Both the position numbers and the translations under genes were made by a program. A DNA stretch of 64,000 nucleotides from an uncultured Chloroflexia bacterium (lineage in GTDB: Bacteria > Chloroflexota > Limnocylindria > Limnocylindrales > CSP1-4), in assembly GCA_963715245.1 (NCBI GenBank), contig CAVQRM010000001.1:1218373-1282372 (forward strand), written 5' to 3'. Below the pieces are notes generated by a model. That model made no database searches and was not told the origin of the DNA. It saw nothing but the letters and a program-made list of their open reading frames with translations. Below, in pieces: positions 35,801 to 42,928 of this stretch. How positions within the stretch are numbered: the stretch's first letter is position 1; each line of letters begins with the position of its first letter.

Positions 35801-36554
35801 CCGCGAGCTCGTCCATGACCTCCTGGACGATGCCGGGGACGGCGTCGTGGTACGGGTTGCACGCCTCGCGTGCCTGGAAGAACACGTCCGGGTTCTGTGC
35901 GGTCCCGCGCACGACCGGCGCCTCGGAGCTCAGGCCGCGCGACCTGAAGGCGAGGACGTCGTCCTCCCGGATGAGCGCGCGGAGGTCGTCGGCCTCGAGC
36001 AGCGCGATCTTGTTGACCTCGTGGCTGGTGCGGAAGCCGTCGAAGAAGTGGAGGAACGGCACCCGGGTGCGGAGCGTCGCCGCGTGCGCGATCGCCGCGA
36101 AGTCGTGGGCCTCCTGGACCGAGCCCGCCCCGAGCATCGCCCAGCCCGTCGCGCGGGCGTGCATCACGTCGCTGTGGTCGCCGAAGATCGAGAGCGCATG
36201 CGTGGCCAGGGTGCGCGCCGCGACATGGATCACCGACGGGGTGAGCTCGCCGGCGATCTTGAACATGTTCGGGATCATCAGGAGCAGACCCTGCGACGCG
36301 GTGAACGTCGTCGCGAAGGCGCCCTTCTGGAGGGCGCCGTGGAGTGCGCCGGCGGCCCCCGCCTCGGACTGCATCTCGACGACATCGGGGACGGCGCCCC
36401 ACAGGTTCGGCTTCTTCGCGGCCGACCAGTCGTCACAGAACTCCGCCATGGGGGACGCGGGCGTGATCGGGTAGATCGAGATGACCTCGGAGAACGAGTA
36501 GGCGACGCGCGCGGCCGCCTCGTTGCCATCGAGGCATTCCCAGTGCTGGGCCAT
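32892..36554 (-). CDS. nifJ: pyruvate:ferredoxin (flavodoxin) oxidoreductase, single-polypeptide type
   Basis: ATG 36554 (MAQHWECLDGNEAAARVAYSFSEVISIYPITPASPMAE). Two ferredoxin clusters (CIDCGKCAMVCP, CTGCGVCVDVCP). TPP domain: GACGGCGETPY, IIGGDGWAYDIGFGGLD, VLDTEVYSNTGGQ. Confidence 0.95.
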   Translation of the reverse strand: MAQHWECLDGNEAAARVAYSFSEVISIYPITPASPMAEFCDDWSAAKKPNLWGAVPDVVEMQSEAGAAGALHGALQKGAFATTFTASQGLLLMIPNMFKIAGELTPSVIHVAARTLATHALSIFGDHSDVMHARATGWAMLGAGSVQEAHDFAAIAHAATLRTRVPFLHFFDGFRTSHEVNKIALLEADDLRALIREDDVLAFRSRGLSSEAPVVRGTAQNPDVFFQAREACNPYHDAVPGIVQEVMDELAARTGRQYRLAEYHGAPDAERVIVVMGSGAGAVEETVDAMVAAGEKVGMLTIRLFQPFPVEQVLAALPKTVRAIAALDRTKEPGAVGEPMYQAIVTMLAEAMDSDTPPFTETPRVFGGRYGLSSKEFTPAMIRPVFDELLAAKPKRHFTVGIYDDVTNLSLPIAQSFRYQRPAGEVQALFYGLGSDGTVGANKASVKIIGEGTDLYAQGYFVYDSKKSGSVTSSHLRFGPEPIRSTYLIDQADFVACHQFGLLQSVKVLDHAKHGATFLLNSPYGPDEVWEHLPLEIQHQLVDKQINLWVIDAMAVAAETGMGNRINTIMQPCFFHLAGVLPAEEAVERIKAFVKKTYSKRGEAVVQRNFAAIDQSIARLGRVTLGRVDSALPLRSLVPDTAPDFVRDVTARLMAGEGDLLPVSALPVDGTFPTGTTRYEKRAIAQMIPIWDEAICIDCGKCAMVCPHASIRMKVYADDATPTLEGFPSKEFKSRDLLNHRITIQVAPDDCTGCGVCVDVCPVKSKSDVSHKAINMEPYLDHRDVERERWDTFAAIAPLDRSLIPHDTIKGAAQLEPLFEFSGACGGCGETPYLRLVSQLFGDRMIVANATGCSSIYGANLPTTPWTVNGQGRGPAWANSLFEDNAEFGLGMRLALDAQTSYARDLLERLSPVVGEAFVRELLDSPQDTEPQIAEQRLRVERLRTILEGVAGDQAADARQLIALSNDLARQGIWIIGGDGWAYDIGFGGLDQVLSSGRNVNILVLDTEVYSNTGGQASKATPRGAVAKFAAAGKSTGKKDLGAIARSYGNVFVAQIAMGANDAQTTKALLEAEAWPGPSLVIAYSTCIAHGIDMSKSMSHQKDAVKSGYWPLYRFQPSEVEDGQPFKLDSGKPTLPIKEFVAAETRFAILQRTDPERAAELAELAQADADERWRYYEQLAGIHRSVPHVAHPETEAEATDGDATLEAVVAGTDNGKGDLA

Positions 36555-36976
36555 TGGCTCTCTGCATCCTTTCGGGTGACGCGGCCACCCGGCTGCGGGG
36601 GCGACGGGACTCGCGAGCGCGGCACGTGGCCGCACCCTGTGACGAGTGTGCACCGTCGAGGCAACGAGACCGGCGGCCAAGTGGACCGCAAATCACGACC
36701 GAGGGGCCCTGCGAATGGCCCGGGCCGCAGAGCCATCCGGCCCCCGCAGCGGCCGCTCGTCCCACCCCGTTTCCCACCTGACCCGCTCCCCTCGGCCCCG
36801 GCCCAGGTCCCGTCATCGAGTCCAAGGACGACTGCACGTCAGAGCCACGGGTGCCCGAATCGGGACTCGGCGGCATCACCGCAACCTTCCGCTGACAGGG
36901 AGTCGCCAGGCCCACCTGGTGCCGGCTGAAGGTTGCGACGACCGGACAATCGCCTGGACGAGAAGTCGTACGTGGA

Positions 36977-38380
36977 CTAGCTGCCAGGTTCGGGCTGGGC
37001 CGGAGCGAGGTCGGGCTGGGCCAACGGGACCTCGGGCTGGGCAGACGCGACCTCGGGTGCGCCCGGCGCGATCTCCGGCGGGGCATGGCCGCCACCCCGG
37101 GCCGCGGCCGCCACGAGCCGCGCCGCTTCCGCGTCCCCTTCGGCCTCGGCCGCGGCGATCGCCTCGTCGGTCACGATCGAGCGCAGCACGAGCAGCGCCA
37201 GGATCATCGCGCCCGCGACGAGGAACACGACCTGCAGGCCGGCCACCTGGGCGATCAGCCCGCCGAGGATGGCGCCGACCGGCTGGCTGCCCCACGCGAG
37301 CAGCCGGTAGCTCGCGTTGACGCGCCCGAGGAGCGCGTCGGGCACGATCCGCTGCCGGAGCGAGACGGTGACGACGTTCCACATCACGCCTGCGGCACCC
37401 GCCAGCGCGAAGCTCGCCCCCACGGCCCACGCGTTCACGAGGATGCCCGGCAGGGCGGTGGTCGCGGCGCTCGTGATCACCGCGGCCGTCAGGAGGCGCG
37501 CCCGCCCGAGCCGCTTCTCGACGCGCTCCACCACGAGCGAGCCCGCGAGGCTGCCGAGCGCCAGGGTGGTCATGAGCACGCCGAACCCGAACTCGTCGAG
37601 GCCCAGCGGACCCGGCTCGACTGCGTACAGGACGAAGATCGAGAACGCGGCCATGCTCGCCAGGTTCATGACCCCGACCATGATCGCGAGCGTCCGCAGC
37701 AGCCGGTGGTCCCACAGATACCTGAGGCCCTCGCGGATGTCCTCGAGCATGCCCGTGTCGCGCTTCGCACCCTGGGGCCGGAACGACCCGGAGAGCAGGG
37801 CGAGCCCGACGGCCGCGAAGGCGAAGGCGAGGGCGGATCCCGCGAATGCGAGCCCGATCGCGATGCTGGCGAGCAGCCCGCCCAGCGGCGGCCCGACGAA
37901 CTGGTTCATCGTCAGCTCGACGGCGTACAGCCTGCCGTTCGCCTTCGACAGGTCGTCGCGCGTGACGATGTTGGGCATCACCGACTGGGCAGCCGTGTCG
38001 AACAGCGTCTCGCCGACGCCCAGGACGAATGCGGCGACGTAGATCATCGCGAGCGTGTCCAGGCCGGCGAAGACGGCGACCGCGATGAGCGCGGCGATGG
38101 CCGTCCGCAGCACGCTGACGGCCACCATCGTCCGGCGCCGGTCGAGGCGATCGGCGAGCGCGCCCGCGAACAGGACGAACACGAGCCACGGCAGCCGTGA
38201 CACGACCGCGACACCGGCGATCAGCACCGGGGAGTCGGTCAGCCGCACCGCCAGCAGCGGCAGGGCGATCATGAACACGCCGTCCGCGAGGTTGGACGAG
38301 GCGGACGCGGCCCACAGGCGCCAGTAGTTGCCGGGGAGGCCGCCCGACAGGCGCGACGCGAGCCCGGTGTTCGCAGTCAT
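36977..38380 (-). CDS. MFS transporter
   Basis: ATG 38380. About 12 TM segments and the MFS loop motif GALADRLDRRRTM. Acidic/Pro-rich C-terminal tail. Confidence 0.9.
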   Translation of the reverse strand: MTANTGLASRLSGGLPGNYWRLWAASASSNLADGVFMIALPLLAVRLTDSPVLIAGVAVVSRLPWLVFVLFAGALADRLDRRRTMVAVSVLRTAIAALIAVAVFAGLDTLAMIYVAAFVLGVGETLFDTAAQSVMPNIVTRDDLSKANGRLYAVELTMNQFVGPPLGGLLASIAIGLAFAGSALAFAFAAVGLALLSGSFRPQGAKRDTGMLEDIREGLRYLWDHRLLRTLAIMVGVMNLASMAAFSIFVLYAVEPGPLGLDEFGFGVLMTTLALGSLAGSLVVERVEKRLGRARLLTAAVITSAATTALPGILVNAWAVGASFALAGAAGVMWNVVTVSLRQRIVPDALLGRVNASYRLLAWGSQPVGAILGGLIAQVAGLQVVFLVAGAMILALLVLRSIVTDEAIAAAEAEGDAEAARLVAAAARGGGHAPPEIAPGAPEVASAQPEVPLAQPDLAPAQPEPGS

Positions 38381-38396
38381 TGGTGGAGCGTAGCCA

Positions 38397-38420
38397 ACTG
38401 GTTGACGTAAATCAACCAGT
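38397..38420. promoter_or_regulatory. candidate operator in the MFS/ArsR divergent region
   Basis: Perfect inverted repeat ACTGGTTGA (38397-38405) - 6 nt - TCAACCAGT (38412-38420), in the 56-bp gap between the two start codons. Confidence 0.5.
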
Positions 38421-38436
38421 GAAATACGGTGACGGC

Positions 38437-38940
38437 ATGGAACGACGCCCCGCAACGGCCGACGAGGCGCGTGCGCTCGCGAACCCGCTCCGGCTGCGGA
38501 TCCTGCGGTTGTGCCTGGACCGCGGGATGACCAACGAGGAGCTCGCCGCGCGGCTGGGCAAGGACGCCGGAACCATGCTCCATCACGTCCGGATGCTCGT
38601 GGAGACCGGGTTCCTCGCCCCCGAGGCCGAACGACGGGGTGCACGCGGGTCCGTCGAGCGGCCGTACCGGGCGACCGGCAAGTCCTGGACGCTCTCGGTG
38701 GGGGAGGAGGCGGACGAGGACGGGACGCTCGCGCTGATCGACGCCTTTCGGGCGGAGGTGGCCGAAGTGCCGCGAGAGTGGCTCGTGGAGACGGTCCGGA
38801 TGGGCGTGCGCCTGACGCCCGAGGCGCTCGAGGCGTTCGGCGAACGGTTCAAGTCGCTGGTCGAGGACCTCTACGCCGCAGATGATCCCTCGGGCAACCC
38901 GTACGGGTTGTTCGTCGGGCTGCACCGACGCGCGGACTGA
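38437..38940 (+). CDS. ArsR-family (winged-helix) transcriptional regulator
   Basis: ATG 38437. ALANPLRLRILRLCLDRGMTNEELAARLGKDAGTMLHHVRMLVETGFL is an ArsR-type HTH. Divergent from the MFS gene. Confidence 0.85.
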   Translation: MERRPATADEARALANPLRLRILRLCLDRGMTNEELAARLGKDAGTMLHHVRMLVETGFLAPEAERRGARGSVERPYRATGKSWTLSVGEEADEDGTLALIDAFRAEVAEVPREWLVETVRMGVRLTPEALEAFGERFKSLVEDLYAADDPSGNPYGLFVGLHRRAD

Positions 38941-38997
38941 CCGCCAACTGCGAGTTCCGTGCCGGCACCACCGGGTCGTGCCCGCCCGGCCACGAGG

Positions 38998-39288
38998 CTA
39001 GGCCGCGGGCTCTTCAGCCGCGTCGCGGCCGCCGCCGAGGTCGCCCCGGACGGCTGCGGCGCCGTGGGCCGAGGACCAGGCGATCACGGCCTCGCGCAGG
39101 ACGGTCGAGGACGGGCGGACGGCGAGTCGATCATCGAGACCGCGAATGCCGGTGCCCAGCTCTGCGATGCGACCGCGATACGACGGCCGGTCGCTGTCGG
39201 TCCGCGCGAACGGCGGATAGACGTCGAAGTAGCCGTCGGTGCTCACGACGATGTTCGACTCGGGCGGGGAGAAGGGCGTGCGAGACAT
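38998..39288 (-). CDS. hypothetical 96-aa protein
   Basis: ATG 39288. MSRTPFSPPESNIVVSTDGYFDVYPPFARTDSDRPSYRGRIAELGTGIRGLDDRLAVRPSSTVLREAVIAWSS... has coding-like third-position GC. I recognised no family. Confidence 0.45.
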   Translation of the reverse strand: MSRTPFSPPESNIVVSTDGYFDVYPPFARTDSDRPSYRGRIAELGTGIRGLDDRLAVRPSSTVLREAVIAWSSAHGAAAVRGDLGGGRDAAEEPAA

Positions 39289-39434
39289 GGGGCTGTCCAA
39301 TCCGTCGGTGCGCGAAAGGGGACCAACGGAGCGAGAGTCCTGCACTTGCGACCTGTGACCCCACCATGCCCGCGGACGCCCGTTCCGTCAAATGGCGCTA
39401 CGCGCCCGCCGCCACGCGGGCGTACGCTGGATCC

Positions 39435-40401
39435 ATGGAGCTGCGACCGCTCGGGGCCACGGGGCTCCGGGTCACGCCGATCGGGCTGGGGCTGGCGGCA
39501 CTCGGGCGACCCGCCTACATCACGACGGGCCGCGACCATGACCTGGGCGCTGCCGACGACCGCTCGATCGAGGCGATGGAGGCGCGCAGCCACGAGGTCC
39601 TCGATGCCGCGTGGGCCGCTGGAGTGCGCTACCTCGACGCCGCGCGCTCCTATGGATCCGCGGAGCGGTTCCTTGCCTCGTGGCTCCGGTCGCGCGGCGA
39701 TCGACCCGGCGCTGGTCACGGTGGGCTCGAAGTGGGGCTACCGCTACGTGGGCGAGTGGCGGATGGACGCCCCGGTCCACGAGGTGAAGGACCACGGCCT
39801 TGCGATGCTGCGAGCCCAGCTTCCCGAGTCACGCGAGCTGCTCGGCCCGTGGCTGCGCCTCTACCAGGTCCACTCGGCCACGCTCGAGAGCGGGATCCTC
39901 GGGGACGCTGCGGTGCTCGCCGAGCTTGCCCGGCTCCGGGCGGACGACGGTCTCGCCATCGGGATGTCGGTGAGCGGCCCGCACCAGGCGGACGTCATCC
40001 GCACCGCGCTTGCGATCCGCGTCGACGGCATCAACCCGTTCGCCTGCGTGCAGGCGACGTGGAACCTGCTCGAGCCATCCGCGGGCGCCGCGCTCGCCGA
40101 GGCGCACGCCGCCGGCTGGGGCGTCATCGTCAAGGAGGCGCTCGCGAACGGACGCCTGCTGACGGAGCCGGCCGTTGTCGATGCCGGGGTCCGTGCCGGA
40201 TCGGGGCCCGACGCGGTGGCGCTCGCGGCCGTGCTCGCCAATCCGTGGGCCGACGTCGCGCTGTCCGGCGCCGCGACGCCCTCCCAGCTGCGCTCGAACG
40301 CCGCGGCGGTCGACCTTGCGGGCGTGGACCTGGCACTCCCGGAGCTCGCCGAGTCCCCGGACGCCTACTGGGATGCACGGGCCGCGAGGAGCTGGTCCTG
40401 A
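39435..40401 (+). pseudogene. aldo/keto reductase interrupted by a +1 frameshift near 39696-39700 (pseudogene or assembly indel)
   Basis: The N-terminal third (MELRPLGATGLRVTPIGLGLAALG...AAGVRYLDAARSYGSAERFLASWLRSRG) is in the frame of track ORF 39366. The rest (IDPALVTVGSKWGYRY...LYQVHSATLESG...GVIVKEALANGRLL...) is in the frame of track ORF 38959. Both frames turn to Arg/Pro junk on the other side of the junction. Confidence 0.8.
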
Positions 40402-40442
40402 GCGATCCACGGCCGGTGTCCCGCCTCGGGCACGATGGAGCG

Positions 40443-41687
40443 ATGCGGATCCTGCTCTGGCACGGCTACCTCCTGGGCGGAACGGGCTCGAACGTCTACA
40501 CCCGCCAGCTGGCACGCGCGTGGAGCCGGGCTGGTCATGACGTGACGGTGTTCAGCCAGGATCCTGCGCCGGGGCGCTACGACCTCGGCGGCGCGCGGGT
40601 CGTCCGGCCCGACACCGGCCGCCTCCTTCCCGTGTACGTCCTCGACCGGTACGAGGGTCGCGACGTCCGCCTGATCGGCGACTGCAGCCGGGCGGACCTC
40701 GACCGGTGGGTGGAGGCCAACGCCGGAGCCATGCGCGAGCACCTCCCGGCCGACCTCGCGTTCTGCAACCACGTGCTCCTGGGCGGGCCGGTCGGGCTCG
40801 CGACCGGGGCGCGGTTCGCGGTGAAGGCACACGGCTCCGAGCTCGAGTACGCGATGCGTGGCAACCCCGCGCTGGCCCGATGGGGGAGCGAGACGCTCGC
40901 GCACGCCACGGCCACGTTCGTGGGCTCGGGGCACATCCGGCGCGTCCTCGAGGACGTCTGCGGTCACGTGGAGAACGTGCACGAGGTCCCACCGGGCGTC
41001 GACGTCGACGACTGGCACCCCGAGGAACCCTCGATCGCCCTCGCGGCCCTGGTGGAACAGGCGCGACGCGACCCGCCGAACCCGTCGAACGCCGACGAGC
41101 GGCTCCCGGACGAGGGCAACGCGGACCGCATGGAGCGCTTCCTGCGCGCGGACCGCCCGACCGTCGTCTACTTCGGCAAGCTCATGCGCAACAAGGGCGT
41201 CCACCTGCTGCTCGAGGCGCTCGACGGACTCGACGCCCGAGCCGTGATCGTCGGGTTTGGCGACGACCGTGCGGCCCTGGAGCGCCGGGCGGGCCCGGAC
41301 GTGCTGTTCACGGGCGCGCTGGAGCACCGCCACCTCGTGCACCTGCTCGCCCTCGCGGATGCGTGCGTGGTGCCCTCGATCTTTCCCGAGGCATTCGGCA
41401 TGGTCGCCGCGGAGGCCGCGGCCGCCGGCTGCCCGCCGATCGTCGCGCGCCATTCGGGGCTCGCGGAGATCGCCGCCGGCCTCGAGGAGACGTATCCGGC
41501 GCACCTCCGCCACCTCGCCGCGTTCAACTCGGGCGACGCCGCGGACCTGCGGGCGACGCTCGCGGCGCTCCTCGCCCTCGGTCCCGCCGACCGGGCCGGC
41601 GTGCGCGCCGCAGCCCGACGCGCCGCCGTCGAGCGCTGGAGCTGGAGCAGCGTCGCGGACCGGCTCCTCGCACCGTTCGCCCCTTGA
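40443..41687 (+). CDS. GT4-family glycosyltransferase
   Basis: ATG 40443. MRILLWHGYLLGGTGSNVYTRQLARAW...GKLMRNKGVHLLLEAL...PSIFPEAFGMVAAEAAAAGCPPIVARHSGLAEI is the GT4 E-x7-E region. Track ORF 39366..41687 reaches this frame only through junk read-through. Confidence 0.9.
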   Translation: MRILLWHGYLLGGTGSNVYTRQLARAWSRAGHDVTVFSQDPAPGRYDLGGARVVRPDTGRLLPVYVLDRYEGRDVRLIGDCSRADLDRWVEANAGAMREHLPADLAFCNHVLLGGPVGLATGARFAVKAHGSELEYAMRGNPALARWGSETLAHATATFVGSGHIRRVLEDVCGHVENVHEVPPGVDVDDWHPEEPSIALAALVEQARRDPPNPSNADERLPDEGNADRMERFLRADRPTVVYFGKLMRNKGVHLLLEALDGLDARAVIVGFGDDRAALERRAGPDVLFTGALEHRHLVHLLALADACVVPSIFPEAFGMVAAEAAAAGCPPIVARHSGLAEIAAGLEETYPAHLRHLAAFNSGDAADLRATLAALLALGPADRAGVRAAARRAAVERWSWSSVADRLLAPFAP

Positions 41688-41693
41688 ATCGAA

Positions 41694-41754
41694 GCGCCCC
41701 GCCTCCTCGCGGAGACGGGGCGCCGTCGTGCGGTGGGCGGGCGCGTGCCCGCCC
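41694..41754. terminator. two stacked GC-rich hairpins between the convergent GT4 gene and the micro-ORF
   Basis: GCGCCCCG (41694-41701) / CGGGGCGC (41716-41723). GGGCGGGC (41735-41742) / GCCCGCCC (41747-41754) with a 4-nt loop. On the minus strand the first hairpin is followed by TTCGATT. Confidence 0.55.
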
Positions 41755-41757
41755 CGG

Positions 41758-41853
41758 TCAGATGGGACGGACCGACGCGAGGCCCGCGAGTGCGAGCGCC
41801 GCGACGGCGATGACGCGCACGAGCGCGTCCAGGCGAGGGTGGGCCCGAGGCAC
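41758..41853 (-). CDS. 31-codon hydrophobic micro-ORF downstream of the riboswitch-like element
   Basis: GTG 41853 lies 5 nt after AGGAGG (41859-41864). Product MPRAHPRLDALVRVIAVAALALAGLASVRPI is a single TM-like helix. Too short to verify by composition. Confidence 0.35.
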   Translation of the reverse strand: MPRAHPRLDALVRVIAVAALALAGLASVRPI

Positions 41854-41864
41854 ACCAACCTCCT

Positions 41865-41943
41865 GACTTCGGCAGCCCGGCTGACTCGCTCGCGCGAGCC
41901 CCGTGGCTTTGCGTCCCCGGGTCACCCCGGGTTTGCCCTTGTC
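41865..41943 (-). promoter_or_regulatory. c-di-GMP-I (GEMM-I) riboswitch-like aptamer
   Basis: Minus-strand RNA: GACAAGGGCAAACCCGGGGUGACCCGGGGACGCAAAGCCACGGGGCUCGCGCGAGCGAGUCAGCCGGGCUGCCGAAGUC. It has GGCAAACC, a 6-bp helix with GNRA loop GUGA, GGGACGCAAAGCC, a second helix with GNRA loop GCGA, and AGCCGGGCUGCCGAAG, in the order and spacing of the GEMM-I consensus. Confidence 0.8.
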
Positions 41944-42115
41944 GGCCAGCCACCTGGCTGGGACGGCTCTCACCGCCTGCCCGGGACGCTACCGCCGGAC
42001 CAGGGGCCCGTGCACCCTCCAACCCGTCAGGGTCCGCCCCTGACGATGGAGCCCCGGTACCCATGGGACCGGGCCGCGTCAAGCCGCCGACCGAAGGGAG
42101 CCTGAGCGGCTCCCG

Positions 42116-42796
42116 CTACCGGGCCGGGCGGTCGAAGAGCCGCAGCAGCGAGACGATCAGCGTCTCGATGAGCGTCCACGCGATGAGCGCGACGATTGCC
42201 GCGATGTCCAGGACGGAGCCGTTGCCGCCGGTCACGCTGTCGAGCTGGAAGATGCCCATGAACGGGTCGACGAACGGCTGCGTGATCGAGAGGATCGCGC
42301 TCACGATGTCGTTGTCGGGGTCCGCGTTGAGCAGGAGCAGGACGATCCGGAGGATCAGCAGCGCCTGCAGGATGCCGAACAGGAAGGCGATCACGCGCCT
42401 GACGGTGGACAGCCCGCTCCGGCGTCGGGGCGCGGGGGCGACGGGCTGCTGGACGACGACCGGCGCCGGTGTCGGCGTGACCGTCGGCGGGGCCGCTTGT
42501 GGCACCGGCGGCACGGGTGGCGCAGCAGGAGGTGGCGCCGACGGAGGCTCAGCCGGCGCCGGCGCGGTGCCCATTGCCGGCTCCTCCGCCGTGTCGGCGG
42601 CGACGAGTGCGGCCAGCGACGGGTCCACGACGGGCTCCGTCGATGCCGCATCCGCCTCGGGCTGGGCCGGCGCCGCGGGAGCTGCGGGTGCTCCCGGCGT
42701 CTCGGGCGTCTCGGGTGCCTCGGGCTCGGCTGGTTGGGAGGCCGCGGCGGCCTCGTCGGCCGGCGGCCCCGTGTCAGGGCGGATCGGATCGGTCAT
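42116..42796 (-). CDS. YggT-family membrane protein with long Pro/Ala-rich N-terminal region
   Basis: ATG 42796 (alternative GTG 42811). The C-terminal 95 aa, VIAFLFGILQALLILRIVLLLLN...ILSITQPFVDPFMGIF...VLDIAAIVALIAWTLIETLIV, are YggT-like. The N-terminus is low complexity (PAEPEAPETPETPGAPAAPAAPA...). Confidence 0.75.
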   Translation of the reverse strand: MTDPIRPDTGPPADEAAAASQPAEPEAPETPETPGAPAAPAAPAQPEADAASTEPVVDPSLAALVAADTAEEPAMGTAPAPAEPPSAPPPAAPPVPPVPQAAPPTVTPTPAPVVVQQPVAPAPRRRSGLSTVRRVIAFLFGILQALLILRIVLLLLNADPDNDIVSAILSITQPFVDPFMGIFQLDSVTGGNGSVLDIAAIVALIAWTLIETLIVSLLRLFDRPAR

Positions 42797-42928
42797 GTCG
42801 GGCACTCCCACGTGGCCTGCTGCTCGGATGTCGCGGGACGCGATTCCAGGGCAGGACCGACGGGCCGTCGCGCCGCCGATCCCCCCACAATCCTACCGGT
42901 GCCGGCTACCGCGATCCCCACGGGCTCC

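Noticed and set aside
32799-36929. 1376-aa plus-strand ORF. Similar very long ORFs include 756..2246 +, 3198..4529 +, 4593..6272 +, 14140..16185 -, 46233..48875 - and 58031..60691 -.
   Set aside because: They lie antisense or out of frame to genes with unmistakable family motifs (PFOR, nuclease, aminotransferase, Mo-oxidoreductase, NMO, kinase). Their translations are Arg/Gly/Pro/Asp-rich with no motifs. Stop codons are simply rare in DNA this GC-rich.
39366-41687. 773-aa ORF that looks like a fusion of an aldo/keto reductase and a glycosyltransferase.
   Set aside because: The middle 240 residues are Arg/Pro junk. The AKR continues in another frame, and the GT4 gene has its own ATG at 40443. 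The long ORF is a read-through artefact of the AKR frameshift.
41944-42095. A second known riboswitch upstream of the GEMM-I aptamer (cobalamin, SAM-IV, glycine, TPP, ZTP, Mn).
   Set aside because: I compared the segment by eye with the core motifs I remember for each class (B12 box GCCACUG, GGUGCCCCGGGUGA, CACCGAAGGGGCAA, CUGAGA...ACCUGAUC, and others). None is matched beyond 5-6 nt. It is left as an unclassified structured leader.
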